NCBI GenBank assembly: GCA_964632215.1
Contig: CAZWBG010000003.1
Span: 7,833-71,832, forward strand
Source: an uncultured Candidatus Saccharibacteria bacterium
Lineage (GTDB): Bacteria; Patescibacteriota; Saccharimonadia; Saccharimonadales; UBA7683
Direction of reading: 5' to 3'
Length of the DNA stretch: 64,000 nucleotides
Under the pieces are notes generated by a model. The model did no database searches. It worked only from the letters and a program-made list of their open reading frames with translations, and was not told where the DNA came from. Of this stretch, positions 17,959 through 26,499 are shown piece after piece. Position numbers and translations under genes: made by a program. Position 1 is the first letter of the stretch; every line of letters begins with the position of its first letter.

Positions 17959-17965
17959 TAGACTT

Positions 17966-17974
17966 TGCTATACT
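17966..17974 (+). promoter_or_regulatory. Extended -10 box (TGcTATACT) 6 nt upstream of mutM ATG; leaderless candidate
   Basis: Sequence reads TGC-TATACT-aagccc-ATG(17981). Confidence 0.5.
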
Positions 17975-17980
17975 AAGCCC

Positions 17981-18850
17981 ATGCCAGAATTACCCGAGGT
18001 AGAGACAGTCCGTCGTGGGCTACAAGATTTGCTCGTGGGACATGTAGTCACCGCAGTAGCCTTTGATACACCAAAGGGTTTTCCTAACGCTTCGGCTGAT
18101 GTCAAAGCTTTTTTGGTAGGTGCCAAGATATTATCGGTTCGTCGTAGAGCAAAAGTACTCATGATTGATCTTTCAACCGAGTATAGTTTAGTAATTCATC
18201 TTAAAATGACAGGCCAACTTGTGTATCGAGGAGAGTTAGCATTTGGAGCTGGGCACCCAACTGCCTCGTTGGTCGGTAAGTTACCCGATAAGTCTACCCG
18301 AGTCACGCTAGATTTAGATAAAGGTGCACACTTCTTTTTTAATGACCAACGTAAGTTTGGCTGGATGCGTCTGATGCCAACTGTAGAAATACCGAATATT
18401 GATTTTATGAAGAAGGTTGGTCCTGAGCCACTAGAAAAAAGCTTTACGAGCACCATATTTATTCAGCGGTTACAGCGCCGCAAAAAGAGTACCATTAAAG
18501 CCGCACTGCTTGATCAAACGGTTCTGGCGGGTGTCGGTAATATTTATGCAGATGAATCGCTGTGGGGTGCTAAAATTCACCCCGCTACTCGAGTGGAGCT
18601 GGTGCCACAAAATAAATTAAAAAAGTTATTCAGTGAGCTACAAGAAATTTTACTGCTAGCAATTGAAAAAGGTGGCTCGACCGATAAAAACTATGTAAAC
18701 GCTGAGGGTAAAAGTGGTAGTTATCTTACTTTTGCCCGAGTGTTTCGTAAAGAGGGCACGCCTTGCCCGCGACATCCGGATACATTAATAGAAAAAATTC
18801 GGGTGGCTGGCCGCGGAACGCACATCTGCCCCAAATGCCAGAAGCTATAG
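17981..18850 (+). CDS. mutM: Formamidopyrimidine-DNA glycosylase
   Basis: N-terminal catalytic 'MPELPEVETVRRGL', H2TH region, and C-terminal zinc finger 'CPRHPDTLIEKIRVAGRGTHICPKCQ'. Confidence 0.92.
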   Translation: MPELPEVETVRRGLQDLLVGHVVTAVAFDTPKGFPNASADVKAFLVGAKILSVRRRAKVLMIDLSTEYSLVIHLKMTGQLVYRGELAFGAGHPTASLVGKLPDKSTRVTLDLDKGAHFFFNDQRKFGWMRLMPTVEIPNIDFMKKVGPEPLEKSFTSTIFIQRLQRRKKSTIKAALLDQTVLAGVGNIYADESLWGAKIHPATRVELVPQNKLKKLFSELQEILLLAIEKGGSTDKNYVNAEGKSGSYLTFARVFRKEGTPCPRHPDTLIEKIRVAGRGTHICPKCQKL

Positions 18851-18894
18851 ACCCGAGAAACTGGTATACTAAGTGGCAAGAGGAATAAAGGTGC

Positions 18895-19719
18895 ATGAGC
18901 GAATTACCCCGCCGAATTAAACAAGCAGTTAAGCAGCCATGGCGTTTAGCCGTACCACTCAAGCGATTAGTAATCGTGGTACTTTTTTTGATTGTCGCAG
19001 TAATCATTTATGCCTGGGCTTTTGATAACGTTTGGAGGCGGCAAGATATCGCCGTCACATTAGTTGCGCTCTGGCTGGTGACGGCCTACTTTTTACTGCC
19101 TCGGGCACATCGGTTCTTAACAGGTATTTATGTACCCAATTACTTTATCGGTAGAGCCAGAACGTCCGACGGCTTGCTGGCTGATCCGGTTAATATGGCT
19201 ATCCGAGGTTCAGAAGAAAAACTTACACATGCTATGGCGAAGGCTGGCTGGTCAACGGCTGACCCTATTACCATCAGAAGTGCTCTACGGATTGTTTTTG
19301 ATACTCTGCGGCGCAGTAGCTACACGAACGCACCAGTTAGTGACTTGTACGTTTTTGGCGCTAAGCAAGAGCTAGCTTATCAAAAAGAGGTAGACGGCAA
19401 CCCAGCGAAGCGTCATCATGTCAGATTTTGGCGTGTGCCAAAAGGAATGTATCTACCTGGTGGGCACAGGGCTGACTGGGTCGCAGCAGCTAGCTATGAC
19501 GACGCGGTGGGTGTTTCTTTATTCACGCTGCAAATTACGCACAGTATTGATGGAGATGTCGATGCCGAGCGTGACTTTGTAGCGCAGACTATAAAGGACG
19601 CTGAGCACGCACAGGTAGTGGAGAAGATTGAACATTTCTTTCCTGGTTATCATCATAGAAATGGTGGCGGTAGTAAATTCTTTACAGACGGCTCTATGGT
19701 AATCGTGGAGCTAAAATAG
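18895..19719 (+). CDS. Membrane protein, tentatively LssY C-terminal-domain-like
   Basis: Two N-terminal TM helices precede a ~190-aa soluble domain containing 'RHHVRFWRV'. The family assignment is from memory only. Confidence 0.45.
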   Translation: MSELPRRIKQAVKQPWRLAVPLKRLVIVVLFLIVAVIIYAWAFDNVWRRQDIAVTLVALWLVTAYFLLPRAHRFLTGIYVPNYFIGRARTSDGLLADPVNMAIRGSEEKLTHAMAKAGWSTADPITIRSALRIVFDTLRRSSYTNAPVSDLYVFGAKQELAYQKEVDGNPAKRHHVRFWRVPKGMYLPGGHRADWVAAASYDDAVGVSLFTLQITHSIDGDVDAERDFVAQTIKDAEHAQVVEKIEHFFPGYHHRNGGGSKFFTDGSMVIVELK

Positions 19720-19721
19720 GC

Positions 19722-20636
19722 ATGGTAATCACGCTTTCGGGCAAGAATAGCTTTTTACGAGGTCAAAAACTCGCAGAACTGAAACAGTCATTTGTACAAG
19801 AACATGGAGAGAGTGGAGTTGAGACAATTCAGGCCGAAGGCTTAACGACCCAGGAACTTAAGGGGCTGGTAGCTGGGGTTTCCTTGTTTGCCGAACATCG
19901 CTTTATTGTACTCAAAGAGGTCAGCGGTAATAAAGCAATTACCGAAGCGCTGGGCTCGATTCTAGACAGTGTACCCGATACGACTACGTTAGTTTTACTC
20001 GAAGCTGTGTTCGACAAGCGTACCCAATTTTATAAAGTATTACAAAAGCAGTCCGAACTTCTCATATGTGACGAGCCTTCCGACCAGGAGTTGCTCGCAT
20101 GGATTCCACAATTTGCACAAAGTTTGGGTGGCAAAGTACAAAATTCAGGAGCACGTCAACTCTTAGAGTATGTGGGGCCCGACCAGGAGCGATTAGCGCA
20201 CGAACTCGAGAAGCTCGTAAGCTACAGTCCTGAAATAGATAAGCAGTCAATTGAGCTACTCGTGGAAAAGCGCCCCCAAGAAAGCGTCTTTTTACTACTA
20301 GATGCAGTGATTGCAGGCAAGACCCACGAGGCACTGAACCTCCTGGCTAGGCTAGAACAGGCTTATGAAGACCCTTATCAAATAGCCAATATGCTCACCT
20401 GGCAGATGCAAGTTGTGGCAGTTTTGGTGGTGGCACCCGATGTGTCAGAAAGCGAGCTTGCTAAACAGACCAAGCTTAATCCATACGTGCTTAAGAAGAG
20501 TCGGCGATTTACTGACCAACTCTCAAAATCAGCGTTTTATGAGTTGATAGATCAGGTTGCTCGCCTAGATATCATGCTCAAAACAACTGCCACGAACCCT
20601 TGGAGGGTTTTAGAGCAGACAATCTTTTCAATCTAG
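19722..20636 (+). CDS. holA: DNA polymerase III delta subunit
   Basis: At 304 aa, the N-terminal layout ('ITLSGKNSFLRGQKLAELKQ...LFAEHRFIVLKE') and helical C-terminal domain are typical of HolA. Confidence 0.7.
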   Translation: MVITLSGKNSFLRGQKLAELKQSFVQEHGESGVETIQAEGLTTQELKGLVAGVSLFAEHRFIVLKEVSGNKAITEALGSILDSVPDTTTLVLLEAVFDKRTQFYKVLQKQSELLICDEPSDQELLAWIPQFAQSLGGKVQNSGARQLLEYVGPDQERLAHELEKLVSYSPEIDKQSIELLVEKRPQESVFLLLDAVIAGKTHEALNLLARLEQAYEDPYQIANMLTWQMQVVAVLVVAPDVSESELAKQTKLNPYVLKKSRRFTDQLSKSAFYELIDQVARLDIMLKTTATNPWRVLEQTIFSI

Positions 20637-20643
20637 AAGATAT

Positions 20644-20671
20644 AAAAACTGGTCCGTGAAGACCAGTTTTT
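20644..20671. terminator. Bidirectional rho-independent terminator between convergent holA and rpsT
   Basis: aaaaactggtc-cgtgaa-gaccagttttt gives an 11-bp perfect stem flanked by an A-run and a T-run. Confidence 0.85.
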
Positions 20672-20698
20672 GAAAATGTACTTGCGTACAAAAAGGAG

Positions 20699-21100
20699 TT
20701 ACTTTTTTGCGACAGCTTTTTTGACTGGAGTTTTCTTCGCAGCTGGCTTCTTTGCTGGGACTTTCTTAGCTACTGCTTTGGTAGTTGCTTTAGCAGCTGG
20801 CTTCTCGACAATCTTTTTGGCAGTAGTAGCTGGCTTGGCGCCGAGTGTCTTAAGCTGTGCATTCAGGCTACTGAGCTTGCGAGCAGCAGTATTCTTCTTC
20901 AAAACGTTCTTTTTTACCGCAAGATCAACCTTACTCTGAACTTTCTTCAGTTCCTGAGCTGCTTTTTTAGCATCTTTAGCTGCAATCGCAGTACTAAAAG
21001 ACTTAAGCTCCGCGCGTAGACTTCGTTTAGTGGTAACGTTACGTGCATGGCGTTTTGTAGTTTGGCGCATGCGTTTCGCGGCGGATTTAATAATTGGCAT
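20699..21100 (-). CDS. rpsT: 30S ribosomal protein S20 with Lys/Ala/Pro-rich C-terminal extension
   Basis: 'MPIIKSAAKRMRQTTKRHARNVTTKRSLR' is canonical S20. The C-terminal ~46 aa 'AKPATTAKKIVEKPAAKATTKAVAKKVPAKKPAAKKTPVKKAVAKK' is extra. SD AGGAG lies upstream. Confidence 0.9.
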   Translation of the reverse strand: MPIIKSAAKRMRQTTKRHARNVTTKRSLRAELKSFSTAIAAKDAKKAAQELKKVQSKVDLAVKKNVLKKNTAARKLSSLNAQLKTLGAKPATTAKKIVEKPAAKATTKAVAKKVPAKKPAAKKTPVKKAVAKK

Positions 21101-21301
21101 AGATGTTCTTTCTCCTGATTTTAGTCGTTAATAACAGTCTAGGGGACAAGTATACCGTAAACTGGGGTGAAGGTAAAGCCCCTTATCTGTTGTAAGTGCT
21201 TCCCGTATCCTTTAAGTTTCCACCTAGCGGGCTCTTGACAGTTTAGTGTATCTGATGATACTGTTTATGTATTACATTATTCTAAATAAAACAAAAATAC
21301 T

Positions 21302-23455
21302 ATGGATCAAAACCCGCAAGATCAAACACCAGTAACAGATGAGCAAACCAGTCCGGTTTCATCAAATGTGAAGCAACAGATTGCCGAGAGTATCAAGGGC
21401 GGTAAAAACATCCTAGTTACCGTAGATTCTAATCCAACAGTTGATGAGCTTGCCGCAGCACTTGGACTTACATTTTTACTTAGCAAGCTCGATAAGCACG
21501 CCTCGGCGGTCTTCAGTGGTGAGATTCCTCCTGCGATGGAATTCTTGGACCCCGATGCGACATTTGAGAGCTCCGTTGATTCGCTCCGTGATTTCATTAT
21601 TGCGCTGGACCGCGAAAAAGCTGATAAACTGCGTTACAAAGTAGAAGATGAAGTGGTAAAAATCTTTATTACGCCATATAGGACAGTGTTAAAGAAAGAT
21701 GATTTCCAGTTCAGCCAGGGTGACTTCAATGTTGATGTAGTGGTTGCGTTAGGTGTAGAAAAACGAGACAACTTAGACAAAGCAATTATTGCGCACGGTA
21801 GAATTTTGCACGATGCTACAGTTATTACCATCAATATTGGTGATATCAGTAGTGGTTTGGGTGCACTTGATTGGAATGATCCTAATGCGAGCTCAATTTC
21901 GGAAATGCTCATGAGTATAAGCGAATCTTTTGGTAGCGGATTGCTGGATGAGCAGATCAGCACCGCCTTTTTAACGGGTATCGTGGCAGCAACCAACCGT
22001 TTTAGTAATGAAAAAACCAGTCCAAAGGTGATGACGATGGCTGCACAGCTTATGGCAGCTGGTGCTAACCAGCAGCTTATTGCAACGAATTTACGGCGTG
22101 AGGGAATGATTAGCGAGCAGGTTCGTCAAGACAATCATGCTCACAAAGACGATGGCGAGATGCTTGTAGAACACGAGCAAGAGAAACCCAAGCAAGACAC
22201 CCCTCAAAATAAACCACAACCGAGTCAAAATAGTGGACCTGCCAGAAAAGATAATAATACTAGCAACAAAAAGCCTCCAAAGAATGACGGTGGACAGAAG
22301 CAGGGCCAGAATCAGAATGCAAGTCAGAACCGAAACCAGAGTCAGAGTCAGCCACCTCAGAAACCCCAGAGTAATATTTCTCGAGTTCATCTGCAGAGCG
22401 CAGAACCGTCTCAGAGTGCAGACAGTGCGGGCGAGTTGAAGAAGACCCTCGACTTAGCTAACCAAAAAGTTGAAGCTGTGCCGCCACAGGCACCACAAGC
22501 TCCTTTATCGGTTGATGCACCACTTCATTCAATTACAGATGTTAAGTCAGAGGATGGGCCCGTGACTCGTGTAATTTCGGCACCAGCCCCACAGTTAGCT
22601 CCAACCAAAGCAGACGACCGCCCAACTTTTGGAGGGACACTCAATGCAACAACGGCCCAAGCAGCACAAAATGAAGTTGCACAAACCTTCCAAGAGGGTA
22701 CAACCAACAACGCAACGTTAGAGCACATGACGAGCGAATCTTCTAATGACGAAGCTGTAGCCGCAGCACGAAGAGCCGTAGAAGACGCTACCTCCCTTGA
22801 GCCATTTAATCCTGCGGGTCAGCCTCGAGAAGACATAGCCGCACAATCCTTGCCGTTACCAAGCTTAGGTGCGGTACCAGCTCCTCAGCCAAATGAGATT
22901 GAGTCTGTTGTGGCTGTGCCAGAGGTTTCACAGGTGCCCGAGCTGCCACCTTTGCCTCAGAGCGGTGGGTTCTCAACCGAGGCTGTGCCGATGCCACAAG
23001 CGGTGAATCAGCCAGAGCCATTCCCAGCTCCAGCTACACCACAAGTAGAATCACCAGGTGTTGTGGAGCCGATACCACTTGCAGCTCCTTCGGCAATGGA
23101 TGCTTCACCAGTCGGTGGCATACCGCCTTTGCCCCCAATGCCACCAATGCCTGTATCAACCGGTGATTTACCGCCTTTACCACCAATGCCAGGTCAGACA
23201 AATGATCCCGCGGCTAGCTTTCAACCTCAAGTGAGCCCAGACTTTATGCAAAACCAACCTCGAAGCCAGAACTACTTGACCGAACAAGGAGAAGCGATTG
23301 CAGCACAACAAGCTGAAAAAACTGCTACCCGCCAGGCTAAGATTGATGAAAGAACTGAACAGTACGACGCAGCCGTAGAGAAGAACCAAGAGCTCAAGGC
23401 TCAGGCAGCCGATCCGAACGATCATGCAACCTTCCCATTACCTCCGCAGTACTAG
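21302..23455 (+). CDS. Degenerate DHH/NrnA-like domain protein with long Gln/Pro-rich disordered region
   Basis: The N-terminal ~260 aa aligns by eye to the DHH-DHHA1 layout, but the catalytic motifs are replaced ('VTVDSNPTVDE' for H.nPDGD, 'GIVAATNRF' for G..tDTg.F). Low-complexity Q/N/P-rich sequence follows, including 'PPLPPMPPMP...PPLPPMP', and the protein ends in a coiled-coil tail. Confidence 0.5.
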   Translation: MDQNPQDQTPVTDEQTSPVSSNVKQQIAESIKGGKNILVTVDSNPTVDELAAALGLTFLLSKLDKHASAVFSGEIPPAMEFLDPDATFESSVDSLRDFIIALDREKADKLRYKVEDEVVKIFITPYRTVLKKDDFQFSQGDFNVDVVVALGVEKRDNLDKAIIAHGRILHDATVITINIGDISSGLGALDWNDPNASSISEMLMSISESFGSGLLDEQISTAFLTGIVAATNRFSNEKTSPKVMTMAAQLMAAGANQQLIATNLRREGMISEQVRQDNHAHKDDGEMLVEHEQEKPKQDTPQNKPQPSQNSGPARKDNNTSNKKPPKNDGGQKQGQNQNASQNRNQSQSQPPQKPQSNISRVHLQSAEPSQSADSAGELKKTLDLANQKVEAVPPQAPQAPLSVDAPLHSITDVKSEDGPVTRVISAPAPQLAPTKADDRPTFGGTLNATTAQAAQNEVAQTFQEGTTNNATLEHMTSESSNDEAVAAARRAVEDATSLEPFNPAGQPREDIAAQSLPLPSLGAVPAPQPNEIESVVAVPEVSQVPELPPLPQSGGFSTEAVPMPQAVNQPEPFPAPATPQVESPGVVEPIPLAAPSAMDASPVGGIPPLPPMPPMPVSTGDLPPLPPMPGQTNDPAASFQPQVSPDFMQNQPRSQNYLTEQGEAIAAQQAEKTATRQAKIDERTEQYDAAVEKNQELKAQAADPNDHATFPLPPQY

Positions 23456-24162
23456 TCTTTAAAGTAGTGGAAATGGTCTTGCATGTGCTCAGTTGTCCCG
23501 ATGCTCTCTTGCAAGGCAAGAACTTGCTTCATATCTTCTCGTTGAGAGTGGTGGGCACGCATAATTTCGAGTTTATGACTAATAACGTCACGATTGTCGA
23601 CAATCTCATCTATTTCTGCAGCTACTTTACCTGCAGGCATGTAGAGCCAGTTGATATTGGCTTGGGGTACCGAGACCTTCGGCAGGCAGAAATACTTTAG
23701 TACTCCCAGCGTAATATTGGGCTTGGCTTGTTCGCGCAGTGTCAAATAGACGAAGGTGGTGATACAGCTGACTGCAATATGGTCAAGGTGACCCGATATG
23801 CCTCCGCTGTCGAACGTCATAAAATCAACCGTAATAGGCTCGTGGTAGTGTCCGAGCGTTATTTCAATATATGTGAGTATTTTCTGGGCAATTTCAAGGT
23901 ATAGGTCATTATCAAGTCCACCGTCGGGGTAGTGCAGGGCGTGGCCGGATTTCACACCGATGAGCTTACCGCTATTTGCCCATTCTTTGAGTCGCACCTC
24001 TCCGAGATTCGTCACATTGTCGGGGTTGCGACCTGCCTCGCCGTCGGTCACAAGTATTAAGTGCACATCTGCACCAGCCTGAGTGGCTTTATAAAGAGTA
24101 GCGGAGGGGCCAAAGCCTTCGTCATCTGGGTGAGCAAAAATACCAAACAATACTTTCTTCAT
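23452..24162 (-). CDS. PIG-L/LmbE-family N-acetylglucosaminyl deacetylase
   Basis: Signature 'FAHPDDEGFG', plus downstream 'HLDH' and 'AHHSQ' metal and substrate motifs. Confidence 0.8.
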   Translation of the reverse strand: MKKVLFGIFAHPDDEGFGPSATLYKATQAGADVHLILVTDGEAGRNPDNVTNLGEVRLKEWANSGKLIGVKSGHALHYPDGGLDNDLYLEIAQKILTYIEITLGHYHEPITVDFMTFDSGGISGHLDHIAVSCITTFVYLTLREQAKPNITLGVLKYFCLPKVSVPQANINWLYMPAGKVAAEIDEIVDNRDVISHKLEIMRAHHSQREDMKQVLALQESIGTTEHMQDHFHYFKD

Positions 24163-24168
24163 AGCTCT

Positions 24169-24176
24169 AGTATACT
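24169..24176. promoter_or_regulatory. Palindromic shared -10 element (AGTATACT) for divergent PIG-L and truB genes
   Basis: The plus strand reads TATACT + 8 nt + ATG(24185). The minus strand reads TATACT + 6 nt + ATG(24162). Only 22 nt separate the two start codons. Confidence 0.55.
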
Positions 24177-24184
24177 AAATATCA

Positions 24185-24865
24185 ATGAAAGATATTATTC
24201 TGATTGATAAACCTGCCGGTTGGACTAGTTTTGATGTGGTAGCTAAGATCCGCGGGAAGATTCGAGCCCAGTATACCGAGCGTGGGGAGAAGCCCACGAA
24301 GAAACAGTTGCGCGTGGGACATGCTGGTACGCTGGATCCTTTTGCAACAGGCCTGTTGATCATTCTACTCGGCGAAGGTTGCAAGAAAGCTGGTGAATTC
24401 TTGAAACTCGACAAAACCTATGAATTTACCGCCAAACTAGGAGAGATGAGTACTACTGGTGACACTGAAGGAGGAATTGAGGTAGTATCTGACACCAAAC
24501 CAGATGAAAAAGCCGTCCTGGGGGCTCTAGACCAGTTCAGGGGGCAAATTACACAGGTACCTCCGGCATTCTCGGCTGTTAAGATTGGCGGTAAACGGGC
24601 ATACAAGCTTGCTCGAGAGGGTAAAACGTTTGAAATACCTTCTCGTCAGGTACAGATAGCCCGCCTTGAGCTTGCTTCGTACGAATATCCGTACCTTAAA
24701 TGCGTCTGCGATGTAAGCAGTGGAACCTACATCCGCACCTTGGTGGAAGATATTGGCAAAACTCTCAAAACTGGCGCCTACTGCACAGAACTCCGCCGCA
24801 CCAGAATAGGTGACTACCAGATTAAATATGCAAAGAATATAGAGGATATTATAAAAAGCACTTGA
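24185..24865 (+). CDS. truB: tRNA pseudouridine(55) synthase
   Basis: Catalytic motif 'VGHAGTLDPFATGLLIILLG', plus 'QVPPAFSAVKIGGKRAY'. Confidence 0.92.
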   Translation: MKDIILIDKPAGWTSFDVVAKIRGKIRAQYTERGEKPTKKQLRVGHAGTLDPFATGLLIILLGEGCKKAGEFLKLDKTYEFTAKLGEMSTTGDTEGGIEVVSDTKPDEKAVLGALDQFRGQITQVPPAFSAVKIGGKRAYKLAREGKTFEIPSRQVQIARLELASYEYPYLKCVCDVSSGTYIRTLVEDIGKTLKTGAYCTELRRTRIGDYQIKYAKNIEDIIKST

Positions 24866-26239
24866 TTAGTGGCGGGAGATACGGCGGCGGTGTATCAGGT
24901 AGAGACCAGAGCCAATAATTGTTATGAAGGAGGCCGCTGTAAGCGGTAGCAGGTTGGTGCCAGTATTGGCCAAGCTACTACTGGCACTGGCTAGATTCAC
25001 GGTTACGGTGCTAGTAGTACACAGCTGGGAGTTTGCAGTTGAGCAGATTGAATAGGTAAATGAATCCTGAATAGCACTTTGAGCTGAAGCAGGCTTGAAA
25101 AGTAAGCTATCGAATGACGCGAGTAAATTAAAACCAAGATTAGCCTGCTTATTTGGGGTATAGGTTATTTCACCGGTGGTTTGGTTGACCACTACAGTAC
25201 CTTTTTGCGGCTGGGTAGTGATGGTAACACTTGTGGGATCGACACTTTCATAGGTATCAGTATGGTTACTTGGAGCGTTGTAGGTTACGGAGCCTTTAGT
25301 CGCATCTAGAGTAATGGAAGAATCTATAATACTTGGAGCTATCGTGAGAGGTTGCCAGTCTTGGGACATCAGAGAGGAGATTTGCTGAGTATTAGTCAGT
25401 TGTTCCAACTCTGTACCGTCGATATTAATTGTATGGATTTGGCTTAAGCCTGTAACGTTTGATCTAAAAACGGCTTTCGCTCCATCTGGAGAAAAAGCTG
25501 GTCCAGATGTGTTGGATGCGGCTGTCCCAGGAATCGGAGATTGGTTAGCACCATTAGTATCCATAAGATACAGCTCATATGTACCGCTACGATTAGAGAC
25601 AAACAGTATCCTTAATCCGTTTGGAGAGAAGCTTGCATTTTGATCATTTCCAGTGCTAAATGTGAGTCTTTGAAGTTCGGTTCCATTGATATTGATACTG
25701 AAGAGTTCTACACCAAATCCTGATACTGTTTGGTGATAAACAATCGTTGTCCCGTCAGGTGAAAACACAGGGTAATTGCAGCTCGCACCTGAACCATTAG
25801 TGACTTGCTCTATATTAGTTCCATCAGAGTTCATCACAAAAACTTCTTGTATTGCCCCGCCCGCCCTGTTGCTTTTAAACACAATTCGAGAACCGTCCGG
25901 ATGCCAGCTTGGGTGCGCTTCGGTATAAGCGTTGTTACTTATATTAATCGCATTACTGCCATCTGCATTCATAATGTATATTTGATTATTGAGCCGATAA
26001 GCGATCTTCGTACCGTCCGGAGAGTATCTTGCCTCTTGTATCGCTTCAGAAGATACCAACTTGATATCCTCTCCGTTACTCCTCATTGTATAAATACCGT
26101 TGGGGTTTGCAGCGAGGTCTTGATACATAATTCTCCCGTTTAAACCTTGGAACGAGGCATAAGTTTGAGATGGAATAAGAGCCACCAGCAAAGCCAGAAC
26201 AGATGTGGTGGCTGCTAACTTTTTGAACGTTTGTTTCAT
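24866..26239 (-). CDS. Secreted PD40/TolB-like beta-propeller surface protein with LAxTG cell-wall sorting signal
   Basis: Signal peptide 'LAATTSVLALLVALIPSQTYA'. Repeated 'SPDG/HPDG...I.F.SNR' blades (at least 6). The C-terminus reads 'LANTG' followed by a hydrophobic stretch and 'HRRRISRH'. Its stop abuts the truB stop with a 0-nt gap. Confidence 0.8.
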   Translation of the reverse strand: MKQTFKKLAATTSVLALLVALIPSQTYASFQGLNGRIMYQDLAANPNGIYTMRSNGEDIKLVSSEAIQEARYSPDGTKIAYRLNNQIYIMNADGSNAINISNNAYTEAHPSWHPDGSRIVFKSNRAGGAIQEVFVMNSDGTNIEQVTNGSGASCNYPVFSPDGTTIVYHQTVSGFGVELFSININGTELQRLTFSTGNDQNASFSPNGLRILFVSNRSGTYELYLMDTNGANQSPIPGTAASNTSGPAFSPDGAKAVFRSNVTGLSQIHTINIDGTELEQLTNTQQISSLMSQDWQPLTIAPSIIDSSITLDATKGSVTYNAPSNHTDTYESVDPTSVTITTQPQKGTVVVNQTTGEITYTPNKQANLGFNLLASFDSLLFKPASAQSAIQDSFTYSICSTANSQLCTTSTVTVNLASASSSLANTGTNLLPLTAASFITIIGSGLYLIHRRRISRH

Positions 26240-26342
26240 TTATAACCTTACAGATTGATAGATCTATTTTAACATGGTTATGCTCGTATACAAGTAAGTC
26301 ATAACGACCGATTAGCTCCAGCTATGCAAGGTGGGGTGTTGG

Positions 26343-26468
26343 TACGCTCGTGGAGCTGTCTTTGTTGAAGAAAGCAAAAGAGGTGCTTATTGCACCGAGT
26401 TTCATCGTACTAGAATAGGCGACTACCAGATTGATAATGCACAGAACATAGTCGATATTACACGATAG
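26343..26468 (+). pseudogene. Relic of a truB 3' end (copy 2)
   Basis: 26388-26468 translates to 'YCTEFHRTRIGDYQIDNAQNIVDITR*', against truB 'YCTELRRTRIGDYQIKYAKNIEDIIKST*'. The alignment is gapless, with 18/26 aa and about 55/75 nt identical by hand. Weaker similarity continues upstream ('KRGAYCTE' vs 'KTGAYCTE'). Confidence 0.8.
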
Positions 26469-26494
26469 TTCCTAGTTCCTAGTAAATTAGGAAC
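26469..26494. promoter_or_regulatory. Candidate operator: three TTCCTA(G) half-sites (two direct, one inverted)
   Basis: The sequence ttcctag-ttcctag-taaat-taggaa lies immediately upstream of the -10 box of the wHTH-PRTase gene. Confidence 0.35.
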
Positions 26495-26499
26495 CTTTA

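Noticed and set aside
17600-17965. Possible tmRNA or RNase P RNA. The region is GC-rich and non-coding-looking, and the best ORF ends '...GIAYAA*', superficially like an SsrA tag.
   Set aside because: Neither strand shows the hallmark elements. Missing are GGAAAGTCC / ACAGAA..GGCTTA-type RNase P conserved regions, a 5' GGGG acceptor start, and a 3' T-arm GGTTCGA...CCACCA. The tag-like codons also sit at the 3' end of the region rather than ~90 nt from a 5' end. I kept the region only as an unexplained finding.
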